Assembly (NCBI RefSeq): GCF_030144855.1
Contig: NC_082712.1
Coordinates: 9,672,001 to 9,736,000, forward strand
DNA: 64,000 nucleotides
Source of the DNA: Hypanus sabinus
Lineage: Eukaryota
Reading direction: 5' to 3'
A program made the position numbers and the translations under genes. The notes below the pieces were generated by a model, which saw only the letters and a list, made by a program, of their open reading frames with translations, searched no databases and was not told the origin of the DNA. Numbering within the stretch: the stretch's first letter is position 1; each line of letters opens with the position of its first letter. This document shows, piece after piece, positions 25,218 through 37,590 of the stretch.

Positions 25218-28202
25218 CTGCTAGGAGCTAATAAAACAAAGATGAAGGCTGTCTGCAGGCAGGTGTGATCAGTTGAAGCTGGCATCATGGTCAGCACAGG
25301 CACCATTGAGCTGAAGGCCTTGTTCCTGTGGTGTGCTGTTCTATGCTCTATAGAAGTGAGGCCGTAACGCTGAGACTTTATAAGGCATCGGGCAAACTAT
25401 ACTTGGAGTATAGTATTGTGAGCCGTTTCGAGCTTCGTATCTAAGAAAGGATGTGCCGGCATAGGAGAAGATGATTCCGGGAATGAAAGGGTTAATGTTT
25501 GAGAAGCATTTGATGACTCTGGGCCTGTACTCACTGAGTGAGGAGGGAATCTCATTGAAACATATTAATTATTGAAAAGCCTAGTTAGAATGGTGGGTGG
25601 TGGGGCAGAGATGCGTCTCTACCAAAGGAGGTATAAGGTGTTCCTTCCCTCCGCTGGCCTGCAGGTCACCCTTGGGCAAGGTGTAGCACCTGCTTAGCCC
25701 CCTGATCAGGGGCGCCTGAAGCCATGGGAGCAGGTGGTGGATGGTTGTATGAGCAGCTGGTGCAGATCACAAGTCCTGGTTATGTGACCACTGACACCAG
25801 GCAGTCAATCTCTGAAGAGTATTGATAATGGCTGGGCTCACCCGTCTTGTAAAGGCACTGCTCAGAAAAAGCCATTGGCAAACCACTTCTGCAGAAAAAT
25901 TTGCCAAGAGCAATCACGGTGAAATATCATGATCGCCTACATAATGATGATGAGATAGAGTGGATGTGGAGAGGCTGTTTCCAGTAGTGGGAGATTCTAG
26001 GTTCAGTCTGTGTTGAATATCAGCTGACAGATATAACAGGTTCAAAGGGCAAAGTGGACTAGTCACTCTTATATTTCCTCTGTTATAATGTTCTCCCTTA
26101 CATCAGAAGTCTGCTCTGAAAGAGCCTTTGCCCCCCACTCTGAAAGCCCCTTCTGTCTGTCGTCTCACACTTCTTTCCCCAGCCCTGATAGGTCCCATTA
26201 CACCTGCTTTGTCAGTCCACTCTCCCCCCCATGCCTATTCCTCTCAGATTGGCAGCTCTCACCTGACCTAACAACCCATTTTCCCTGTTCTGCTTACCTC
26301 CTCTTCCTCAGTGTTGCAGTTCCAGCTCTGCTTGCTGGTGGGAGGAAGGTCAAATCCACCAAGACCTTTGGCCTCCACGTCCTGACCTTGTAGCAGCTTC
26401 ACTGGCTTTAACCTGTCTCACGTACTCAGTCAGCCTTGAACTTTTGAGACCACCGGATTGTGGGGGTTAGTGGGAAGCCCAGTGGGTGTTGTTAGTCTAT
26501 GTGGGGCTGTTCCTGCACAATATGTCAAGGATACACTGTCCAGCCAGCTGAAGAGATGAATTTCCACTAGATACCCACAGTACAGTGGCTATATTTCATT
26601 AGGGGTTTGAGGAGATTTGGTATGTCACCAATGAATGGAAAATCCCACAAAAAGTAGCAGATATGTCCCAGTTCATCACGAGTAAGGCCCTCCCCACCAC
26701 TGAGTATATCTACATGGAGCACTGTCGCATCATGGACCCCCAATACCCAGGTCATGTTCTCTTCATGCTGCCTCCAGGAAGGAGGTAAAGGAGACTCAGG
26801 ACTCACACCAACAGTTATTAACCCTCCACCATCAGGCTCTTGAACCAGAAGGGATAACTTCACTCAACTTAACTTGTCCCATGAATGAAATGTTCCCACA
26901 ACCTCATGTTCTCGATATTGACTGCTTATTTATTTATCAATATATTTATTTCTTTTTGTGTTTACCCAGTTTGTTGTCCTGCACACTGATTGACAGCCCG
27001 GGTTGGTTTATCATTCTGTTAGGGGTTTATTGAGTATGCCTGCAAGAAAACAAATCTCAGGGTTGTATATGGTGACATATGTGGACTTTGGTAATAAATT
27101 TACTTTGAACTTTTGACTTTTAGCAAATTTCTACAGAAGCACCATGGAGAGTATCAGTGTCTGGTATGGAGGCACTGCAGTGCACTCAATGATTTAGAAG
27201 CAGCTTCTTTCTCCCATCTGATTTCTGAACAGTCCATGAACACTACATCACTATTTTGCCTTTTTTTTGCCCAACTTATTTATTTTTTATATTTCTTATT
27301 GTAACTTCTTTATGACTGCACTGCTGCCACAAAACAACACATTTTTTTGACAATGAAAATAAACCTGATTTTGACAATGGTGTTTCTCTGCTCCCACTGT
27401 TTGATGCGCCTTACCTTTCTGCTGCCCTGCTTCGGAATGTTTTTGAATCTGCACGATGCTGTAAACAGGCTGATGGGGATCCTTCCGGGGATCTGGAAAG
27501 GACACAGAGCTGCTGAACTTTCTCATCCTCTCACTACACAAATCCCTCAACCCTAGATCTAGCCTGTTACTCCCATGCCCTGAAGCCTCATGTCTCCTGC
27601 CATGTAACGGAATGTGTCCTGTCGCACAATGCCATGCATTTCTGGAAGGCAAGTTCAATGTTAGCATTCATTTTGAGAGGATTAGAATATAAAAACAAGA
27701 ATGTAATTCTGAGGCTTTATAAGGCATTGGTTAGGCCACACTTGGAGTATGCTGACCAATTTTGGATGTTGATAGGTTCTTGACTGGTAAGAGAATCAAA
27801 GATTACAGGAAAAAGGCAAGAGAATGGAGCTGAGGGGGGTAATAAATCAGCCATGATGGAATAGTGCAGCAGACTCAGTGGGCTGAATGTCCAAATTCTG
27901 ATCCCATATCTTATGGTCGTATGGGAAGCCCTCTTAAATCCTGTCCTGTCAACCCCACCGTCCCCCTCTAATACCCTGTACTTCTGACGCTTCAAACCTT
28001 CCCAAAGACTCTGATTCTCACCAGCAATTGTTGTGACAGTCTGTTTCTTTCTGATAACCCCTATTGCCTGCTGACAGGCTCCCCACCTCTTTCGATAGCA
28101 GTCTGACACCAACGTCCGCTCCCCCCATCGGCAGTCCAGACAGCTCATCCCCTCTGATTGCCCCCATCCCCTGCCTCTATCTATGACAGGCACTGCTCTC
28201 AC

Positions 28203-28275
28203 CCTATCACAAGCACACTCTCTCTGTGCTCCGAGGACCCTCCATCCGACTCTCCATTCTTTAACCTCAACTCAA
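28203..28275 (-). CDS. Candidate cytoplasmic exon VELRLKNGESDGGSSEHRESVLVI(G)
   Basis: Acceptor ttcttcattgtatccacag, donor GTGAGA, phase 1 to 2; read-through would instead stop at TGA 28201..28199. Confidence 0.45.
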
Positions 28276-28376
28276 CTGTGGATACAATGAAGAACGAGCT
28301 GATGGAAAAGTCATGGAGGCAAGGATCCTCAGAAGGCCAATGCCTTACCGCCTACCGTATGTTCACCATTACTTAC

Positions 28377-28448
28377 CCATCTTTGTCTGGCCTTCTGTTT
28401 GAAAGTTAACATTGCTGTAGAGATGCTGGTTTAGAGACTCCTGAGGAT
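28377..28448 (-). CDS. Cytoplasmic exon DPQESLNQHLYSNVNFQTEGQTKM
   Basis: 72 nt, phase 1-1, acceptor gccatttctag, donor GTAAGT; homologous to exon 25020..25091. Confidence 0.75.
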
Positions 28449-28584
28449 CTAGAAATGGCATAGACAGTTATTACTCAAGATTCAAGATTGGGTAATGCCA
28501 TTTCCGGTACACAATTGTAAAGAAGAACAAAATAATTGCTACTCCAGATCTGATGCGGAATTAAGAACTACACAGGATGAAGAA

Positions 28585-28830
28585 GCAACACGCAAAAAAT
28601 GCTGGAGGAACTCAGCAGGTCAGGCAGCATCTATAGAAAAGAGTACAGTCGATGTTTTGGCCTGAAACCCATCGGCATGATGCTAGGGTCTGCCGAAGGG
28701 TCTCTGTCCTGGTGAAGGATCTCGGCCCGAAATGTCGACTGTACTTTTTCCATAGACGCTGCCTGGCCTGCTGAGTTCCTCCAGCATTTTGTGTGTGCTG
28801 CTCTGATTTCCAGCATCTGCATATCTTCTC
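28585..28830. mobile_element. Palindromic Penelope-derived element with hammerhead-like cores
   Basis: Long inverted arms; plus strand ctgtc-CTGGTGA-aggatctcggccc-GAAA-tgtc-gactg at about 28704..28741. Confidence 0.75.
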
Positions 28831-29159
28831 TTATTTAGATGAAGAAGTCAAAAAATATAAATACATAAAATAGTTCATATTTATAGACTGATTGTGTGTC
28901 CATAAACCAAAGGTCCCCAATCTTTTATATGCCATGGATCCCCAACATTAACAATGAGCCCGTGGACCCCAAGGTTGGGAACCCCCGCCATAAAGTGATA
29001 CGACACACAGGAGTGTCTGTACATAAGGAGACTGACAGGAAATGATAAAGTCATGGTGGTTGGGGGTGTGGAAGGTGGGTCAGTGGGTGGAGGTGTTGAT
29101 CAGCCTTACTGCTTGGGGAAAGTAACTGTTTTAGAGTCTGGTGGTCCTGGCGTGGATGC

Positions 29160-30510
29160 AGTTAGCCTGACATCAGTGGTGTGGAAGATACTGGAGTCAA
29201 TTATAAAAGATGAAATAGTGGCTCATTTGAATAGCAGTAACAGGATCGGTCCGAGTCAGCATGGATTTACAAAGGGGAAATCATGTTTGACTAATCTTCT
29301 GGAAATTTTTGAGGATGTAACTAGGAAAATGGACAAAGGAGAACCAGTGGATGCAGTGTACCAGGACTTTCAGAAAGCCTTTGATAAGCACCCACATAGG
29401 ACATTAGTGGGCAAAAGTAGAGCACCTGGTATTGGGGGTAGGGTACTGACATGGATAGAAAATTGGTTGGCAGACAGGAAACAAAGAGTAGGGATTAACG
29501 GGTCCCTTTTAGAATGGCAGGCAGTGAATAGTGGGGTACCGCAAGGCTCGCTGCTGGGACTGCAGCTATTTACAATATACATTAATGATATAGATGAAGG
29601 GATTAAAAGTAACATTAGCAAATTTGAAGATGACACAAAGTTGGGTGGCAGTGTGAAATGTCAGGAGGATGTTATGAGAATGCAGCATGACTGGGCAGAT
29701 GCAGTTTGATGTGGATAAATGTGAGGTTATCCACATTGGTGGCAAGAACAGGAAGTCTGATTACTATCTGAATGGTGTCAAGTTAGGAAAAGGGGAAGTA
29801 CAACGAGATCTAGGTGTCCTTGTCAATCAGTCACTGAAAGTAAGCATGCAGGTACAGCAGGCAGTGAAGAAAGCTAATGGCATGTTGGCCTCCATAACAA
29901 GGGGAATTGAGTATAGGAGCAAAGAGGACCTTCTGCAGCTGTACAGGACCCTGGTGAGACCACACCTGGAGTATTGTGTGCAATTTTGGTCTCCAAATTT
30001 GCAGAAGGACATTCTTGCTATTGAGGGAGTGCAGTGTAGGTTCACGAGCTTAATTCCCAGGATGGCGGGACTGTCATATGTTGAAAGATTGGAGCAACTG
30101 GGCTTGTATACACTGGAATTTAGAAGGATGAGAGGGGATCTGATTGAAACATATAAGATTATTAAGGGATTGGACACACTAGAGGCAGGAAACATGTTCC
30201 CGAGATTGGGGGAGTCCAGAACCAGAGGCCACAGTTTAAGGATAAGGAGTAGGCCATTTAGAACAGAGTTGAGGAAAAACTTTTTCACCCAGTGAGTTGT
30301 GGATCTATGGAATGCTCTGCCTCAGAAGGAGGTGGAGGCCAGTTCTCTGGATGCTTTCAAGATAGAGCTCTTAAAGATAGTGGAGTCAAGGGATATGGGG
30401 AGAAGGCAGGAACGGGGTACCAATTGTGGATGATCAGCCATGATCACAGTGAATGGCGGTGCTGGCTCAAAGGGCCGAATGGCCTACTCCTGCACCTATT
30501 GTCTATGTAA
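29160..30510 (+). mobile_element. CR1 LINE 3' half
   Basis: QHGFTKGKSCLTNLL, GVPQGSLLG, KFEDDTK, RPHLEYCVQFWSP, RMRGDLIETYK; 3' UTR to 30510. Confidence 0.92.
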
Positions 30511-31292
30511 CCTCTTCCCTGATGGGAGTGGGACAAACAGTCCAGGAGCAGGGTGGGTGGGATCCTTCATGATCAGCAAAACTTGAATTCAATTTGCATA
30601 ATCCTCTGGTTTCTTTTACTCCAGAATCTATCTATTTTCTGTTCACAGATTTTCAAAATTATGTTTCCACTGGCTTTTGAGAAAGAGATTTAAGAAGACC
30701 TTAGACCAGTGGTTCCCAAACTTTTTTTTGCCATGGTCCAATAATATTTCCCTGTTCTAGACCATCTGAGAGAGAAAAAAAAATCACGTCAATCTGACAA
30801 TTTACACCCATAAGCACCCATCACCCTCTGTAAAAACTTGCCCTCACATCTCCTTTGAAATTACCCCCTTTTGTCTTAAATGCAGGAAATGAAATTCAGC
30901 GGCAGATAGTCGGAGATAGAAGAGATTCTGCAGATGCTGGCAATCCAGAGCAACACACATAAGGTGCTGGAGAAACTCAGCAGGTCGGGCAGCATCCATG
31001 GATGGGAATAAAGAATCGACATTTCAGGCCATCAAGTGGACCGTTCATTTTCATAGATGCATTCGGTGTGTGTTGCTCTCGATCACGGGTTCTCAACCCT
31101 TTTGTCTGTAAACTGGACCAGTTCAATAACCCTGAGACCTCCACCTTTCCCACCATGCTTTCCCCTATTTTAACTATTCTGTGGTGGCTGTGCATCCCAA
31201 CTACAGAATTATATGGAATACCCTTCCCGAATCTCTCCCTCCTGGCAATCCTTCTGCATGATAATATGAATGATAATGGTCATTGGACTCAC

Positions 31293-31382
31293 CATTCTGT
31301 CCCGGAATGGAAGCCACTTGGGGAATAGTCTCTGCTGTTGAATTGACGATACTGTAAATAGGGTCACTTTCAAGTTGCAAAT
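31293..31382 (-). CDS. Cytoplasmic exon DLQLESDPIYSIVNSTAETIPQVASIPGQN
   Basis: 90 nt, phase 1-1, acceptor tctttgtgcctttgacag, donor GTGAGT; IYSIV motif. Confidence 0.8.
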
Positions 31383-32624
31383 CTGTCAAAGGCACAAAGA
31401 TATCAGATGGAGATTTTAATGGAGAAACTGTCCAGCCCCATCCCTCTCCTGTGGTTGAAACTGTAATCGGGAGTGTGGGTGAATCCTGGAGAAATGACTG
31501 CAAGTGCAGAGCTTTTCAGCACTACCTGAGCCAAGTCCCTACTGGAGGTGTTACCACCGCTATATTTGTGGACAACATCTTCTGTGGATATTCTGCTTGC
31601 CACCTAAAAGACTTGAAAACTTCTACAGATGTAGCATGGAGACAATTTTGACAGGCTGGTATAGGGGTATGGGGGGCTACTGCACAGGATCGAATGAAGC
31701 TATAAAATTAGTCAGCTCTGTCTTGGGTACTAGCCTCCATAATATCCAAGATATTTTTAAGGAGCAGGATATCATGGAGTTTTTTTTATTCTATTACAAC
31801 TTGAAGCAAGTCTACAGGGAGTTTGGCCTCATTACATAGGACATCAATAGAGTAGCTCCTTAGCAGCTAGCCAGCTAGTTTAAACAATGTTAACTATGCT
31901 AATGAATGAACAACACCTGTTAAACTCACCTCAACATGTCTTTTACAGTCATTTAACCCATCAGTGAGCAACGCTGTCATTATTTTTGACCCCTATTAGG
32001 CAGGAGTACACTTTAGTGTAGTCAGCACAACATTGTGGGCTGAAAGGCCTGTACTGTACTATTCTATGCTCTATGTAGTCTGGAGCGAAGTACGTTTTAT
32101 ATTTTCTTATTTTGGAACACTCTGCCATGGCGCTGCAGGACGCTAAAATGGACTGATGGACAATGAAAGAGAGAGAGAGGTCGACTGTAAAGCCTGCCCA
32201 CAGAGAAAACTGATAGGTCTACTTAACACAAAGAGAAACCAATCAGGATGCTCCCTCTCCCTCTCAAAAAAACTGATTTCCGGGATATTGTGTTTAATTT
32301 GTGGGTGTCAGGGAGCTGCTATTAATATATGGGAGACTCCCAGAACTTCCGGGAGAGGTGGGATGTCTGGGAGAACATAAAACTCCTTACAGACCGGGAT
32401 GCTGATGCTGTAATAGCATTAAACTACCGTGCTGCCCCACAAACATACAAAATTGAGATACATTTAGTGGGCGTGACAGGAAGGCTGCTTTCTTTGACTA
32501 GGAAGTCTGGAACCAGAGTAGGCACCAGGCCAGCTGAGTCAGCTGTGCTTTTCAAGAATGTCCTCAATGTGAAGGGGGAGCTTTGGCAGGTTCCCACTCT
32601 GCCCCCCACCCCCCGCACCATTAC

Positions 32625-32696
32625 CTGGCTCTGCAGTTCCTGATTTCACACCACTCACTACACTGGAATCAACACAGTATCCACGCTGACGGGAAC
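32625..32696 (-). CDS. Cytoplasmic exon GSRQRGYCVDSSVVSGVKSGTAEP
   Basis: 72 nt, phase 1-1, acceptor ttttcacctctatgtctttgccag, donor GTAATG. Confidence 0.65.
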
Positions 32697-34382
32697 CTGG
32701 CAAAGACATAGAGGTGAAAAGCATTTCTGTGGAGGTTTTCAGTACTGGGTGTGTATCATTTGTATTTTTCTGTTTGTCAGCTGGGGATGAGTCCTCTTTC
32801 CGGCACCCAAACTGGGCCCGGTTATTCTGCTGCTGAAGTGTGGGTGGAACAGGAGCTTCAGACAACCCCACTGGACTCCTAAATCTCCCCACCCTCTAAT
32901 TCTGCTCCTTAAAATGTTCCAAATTCAACCCTCCATCACTGCTGGCTATCCATTCCCGAGTTCTGGAATTCTCTCTTTAAACCTCTCCCTTTCTCTCTCT
33001 GCAAAGATAAGTCTCCACTTCCACCTTTTGCCCTATCTATCCTAAAATCGTCTGCTGTCGGATGTTGAAGATGATTCAGCTATAGATCCTGTCAGGAACT
33101 TGGGGACGTTGTGCTGCATTGCAAGTGCCCCATTTTTTTATTTTCCTATTTTAAGTTTAGAGATACAACATGCTAACAGACCCTTCCCAGTCTGTGCAGC
33201 CCAGTTACACCCATGTCAACAATTAACCTACTAACCTGTATGACTTTAGAATGCAGGAGGAAATCAGAGCGTGTGGTCATGGGGAGAATGAACAAAGTCC
33301 TTACAGACAGTGGTGGGAATTGAACGCGTGTTGCTGACACTGTAAAACATTGTGCTACACGTGTGTGCAATGCAGGTGTTTGTTGTTGATGTTGTTACAG
33401 AAGCACAGAAAGGTCACTTTAGAGGAACAAACTGCCCAGAGGGGTTTGAGAGAGCGCTGAGTCTGAGAAAGATCCATGGGTGTGGGTTCTTGAGTGAAAA
33501 GAGTGCAGGAGTTCTGGTAGGGGAGCAGATCAGGTTCCCACTGCCATTAAATGGTGGTCAATGTAAAAATTGCATCGGTTTCTCTTACTGGAGCCCCAAC
33601 ACTAGCAGCTGAAGGATCATCTTTAGTATGTACTTAAATATTAGTATTTCTTGACTTGTAAACAAAGATGGATTTCACCATGAAAATAAGAATTTGCCAA
33701 TAAATCATTGAAAAAATATTCAATATTTTATTGCATTTTTTCCACTTGAGGTTCAATCCAAACTGATTGAGTTTGTCTAGATCCTCTTCAATACTTTCTG
33801 TTCATCCTCAGTATCAATATATTCCCATTTACTTCCAGCATCTGCAGAGTCTCTGATGATTATCTTCTAAATCTCCTTTAATCTCTTCTTTTTTCACCTC
33901 ACTGTAATATGTGTCATGTCCATTTGCCCTGGGAAAAAGAACTTTACAACCTTCTCCATCTATGCCGGTCATAATTCTACATACTTCTATCAGATTGCCC
34001 CTCGGCAATCTCTAGAGAAACATTTATAGTTTGTCCAACCTCTCTAAGAGATAATACTCTCTAATCCAGGCAGCATCCTGGCAAACCTCTTCTGCACTCT
34101 GTGCAAAGCCTCCACATACTTCCTGTAATGTGGCATCCATAACTACGTACAATTCTCCAAATATGAGCCAACCTAACTGTTCTACTCAATGTCCTGACTG
34201 ATGAAGGCAAGCATGCCTTTTACACATTCTTCGCTCTGTTGATGTAGGACCTCAAGGGTTAAATGTGAGGATACAGAAAAAAGTTTCCATTTCTAAAGAA
34301 GAATAAATGCATCAACTATGCTCCCATATCTGAAAACGAACCTTTGGTGGAGTACATAGCTAATCGGATTAATGGGGAGCAG

Positions 34383-34635
34383 NNNNNNNNNNNNNNNNNN
34401 NNNNNNNNNNNNNNNNNNNNNNNNNNNNNNNNNNNNNNNNNNNNNNNNNNNNNNNNNNNNNNNNNNNNNNNNNNNNNNNNNNNNNNNNNNNNNNNNNNNN
34501 NNNNNNNNNNNNNNNNNNNNNNNNNNNNNNNNNNNNNNNNNNNNNNNNNNNNNNNNNNNNNNNNNNNNNNNNNNNNNNNNNNNNNNNNNNNNNNNNNNNN
34601 NNNNNNNNNNNNNNNNNNNNNNNNNNNNNNNNNNN
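34383..34635. other. Assembly gap (N run)
   Basis: 253 N. Confidence 1.
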
Positions 34636-34655
34636 TTCAGATCAAATGGGAATTT

Positions 34656-34825
34656 CTATGGACCAAGGCCAGTCCATTCAGAGGCAGGAAGGGAAGCTCT
34701 TCCTCCCACAGAAGTAGGTGGACTCTTTATCATTTTATTTCTTTTCTTTGGAGATGAATTCTCTCCACACTTAATGGGAGAATATGTAAATTGTGATGAA
34801 TGGGTGTTTTCATGAGCTGATGCAT
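34656..34825 (-). CDS. Possible alternative terminal exon DASAHENTHSSQFTYSPIK...GLGP*
   Basis: Phase-1 acceptor ctgaacacag just downstream of the TM donor, open for about 56 codons; weak polypyrimidine tract. Confidence 0.3.
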
Positions 34826-34987
34826 CTGTGTTCAGAACCAAGGGGCTGATAGGAGGTAAAATAGACATGGGCCATCATACAATTGTATGGTGGAACTGGG
34901 TTAATGGACTGAATGGCCTCTGTATCCATCCCCCTCTGTGAAATGTCCCTGACCCAGGAAGAGTGGACCATTCACTGGATTACTCAC

Positions 34988-35347
34988 CTTTCTTCAGAGA
35001 CCAGACAACAAAAACAACCAAAGAAACAATTGCTAAAGAGGGCAATACAATGAAGAGGGCCAGCATCAAAGCACTTGTTCCCGTCTTGGCTAGGTGGATC
35101 TCGCGGGTGTCTCTCCTATGCTTATTCATAGCCACACAGCAGTAGCTCCCTCTCAGCCCGGGCAGAACCAGCTTTCCTACACTCTCCAGATCTCCGGTGA
35201 CTCTCATCTCGCTGCTGTTCATGGGCAGTGTGCTGTTCTCGAGGTCAATCCACGTGATGTTTGCAGGGGGCTTCCCTTCAGCCCTGCACACGAGGGTGGC
35301 TCCAGTATCATCAGTCACAAGAGATAGACTCAGGATGATGGCCGGGA
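34988..35347 (-). CDS. Siglec-15-like Ig C2-set + transmembrane exon
   Basis: 360 nt, phase 1-1; VPAIILSLSLV...LVCRAEGKPPANITW...GSYCCVAMN resembles Siglec-15 APRIVNISV...LCTAEGEPPPALAW...GRYTCTAAN; TM SALMLALFIVLPSLAIVSLVVFVVWSL then KK; donor GTGAGT. Confidence 0.9.
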
Positions 35348-37590
35348 CTTGGAGGAGGAAAGAAAATCAAATTAAGTTCATTGAATCTTTACAATTTTTA
35401 TTTTAGAGAACAGCATCATCATTATGTGATGTCGCAGGATCTGGGCGATCATGGTCTCATGATCATGACTGATCACAAATTTTTCTACAGAAATGCCTTC
35501 TTCTGGGCAGTGTCTTTACAAGATGGGTAACCCCAGGCATTATCAATACTCTTCAGAGATTGCCTGCCTGGTGTCATTGTTTGCATAACCAGGGCTTGTG
35601 ATCTGCCCCAGCCGTTTGTACTGTCACGAATCCTGTGACAAGTTGAAAAGGACCAGCAGAAATGGAATACACCTGGAGTCTGGTTTACTTTAAATTAAGA
35701 CTATATTTATTACTATTACGAATTAACATCATTAAAATTGGATAATACGATACAGTTTATAAACTATTTTATATATTGTTTTATATATATATATCCGCAG
35801 AAATGTGTGTGGATGTAATAGTCTTGGAGGTAGATATCAGAGATATCAGTCTTATGGTGTCAGGTAAGTTTAAGCAGTTCAGTTCACTATGTGTTGTGTC
35901 GAGTTGAATTGATGGAGAGAGAGAGAGTTAATTGAGTTGATGTTTACATTGGCAGATTTAGTTGTTCTTGCTTCCGGAGTCTTTAGAGTCATTTTGTGTG
36001 AACCCCGCACAGACACGGACGGACAGAGCCCCTTCTAGGGAACGGTCTACTAACCCACGGCACGGGTTCACCACCAGCAGATCCCCACAGGCAAGCTCTT
36101 ACCTGCACTGGTAATCACGGGTTAAAATTAATCGGTCCATGGCCTCCACCCTCGTGGTGGTCTTAAACTCCACCAGTGGTTTCTCGGGTAGCTTCCGCAC
36201 TTCTCCCGTGTCCTGTCTCCTCTGCCGTTATCAGACCAACGCCTCAACTTTTCATATTCCATCCGGATTTCTAACTGTCTGTTAGCTAAACCGCTCTGAG
36301 CTGTTACCATGGTGACTTCCCAGCTCGTGTCTCAGCTGGCGCCATACTCTCTCTCTCAAGGTCACAATTAAAAGTGTTATCAAAACTATGTCAGAGTCCT
36401 CTCTCTCTTTTAATTGCCTCCTGGTTCATTAAACTGCTGAATTTTCTAGCAGTTTCTCACCTGCGTGACATCTTCCCCCTTTTGGGAAAAATTTGATCTT
36501 TGAGCAAAATTTTGTTCACTCACAGATTCTACACACTAAGCACTACATTCTACTTCACAAAGTGTACCTTTAGAATTTACACAGTTCATCAGCATTTTTT
36601 TAAACAGCGGGATAGGCAATCTGCAATGACATTGTCCGTACCCCTTAAGTGTCTTATCTCTATATCAAACTGCTGTAAACACAGGCTCCAGTTTAATAAA
36701 CGTCAATTTCGACCTTTAATCTTATCTAAAAACACCAAAGGGTTGTGGTCAATGTACACCATTAATAGCTTTTGTACAGCACTGATGTAAACCTCGAAAT
36801 GTTGTAATGCAAAAATGAGGGACTGCAAGTCTTTTTCTATTGTCGAGTAATTTTTCTGGTGCACATTAAACTTTTTGGAAAAGTATGCCACCGGATGTTC
36901 AATACCATCATCTCCCCTCTGTAACAGCACCACCCCTGCAGCTTCATCGCTAGTGTCCGTCACTAAGGAGAACGGATTAGTGAAGTCCGGTGCCTTTAGC
37001 ACTGGATGGTGACACAAGATACCCTTTAACCATCTGAACGCCTTTTGGCAACTCTCATCCCACACAAATTGTTCACTCTTTCTCAACGGTTTTGTCAGTG
37101 GAAGGGCAATATCTGCCAAGTTCTTGCAAAATTTTCGATAATACCCCACCAGACCTAAAAACCTTCTCAAAACCGTTGGAATGGGTACATCAGCGATAGC
37201 CTGAACTTTCCCTTTCACAGGAACCAGTTGACCCTGGCCCACCACCTAACCCTGGCGTGACCAAACTCATTCTTGCCAAGGTTCACCATCAGATTAGCTT
37301 TAGAGAGCCGGTCAAATAATTTCTCTACTGTTACAATGTGTTCCTCCCATGTGTCGTTCCATACTACTAAACCGTCAATTTATGCCTCAGTATTCTTCAA
37401 GCCTTGAATCACAGAGTTTATTTTATGTCCCAGGGGCATTTTTCATCCTGAAAGGCATCACATTATACTTGTACAACCCTGAGGGGGTGACGAATGCCGA
37501 TATCTCTCGTGCCCTATCAGTTAAGGGAACACACCAGTACCCTTTTAGCAGGTCAATTCTTGTTAGGTACTTAGCCTTTCCCACCCTATC

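Noticed and set aside
26290-26550. Candidate exons ending at GAGGAG/GTAAGC near 26297
   Set aside because: Strong donor, but a phase-1 exit is blocked by a stop and no consistent acceptor and frame could be fixed
33380-33610. AG/GT pairs that might be extra tail exons
   Set aside because: Phases do not chain cleanly and donors are weak
34344-34815. ORFs spanning X runs (also 40543..40725)
   Set aside because: Artefacts of N gaps
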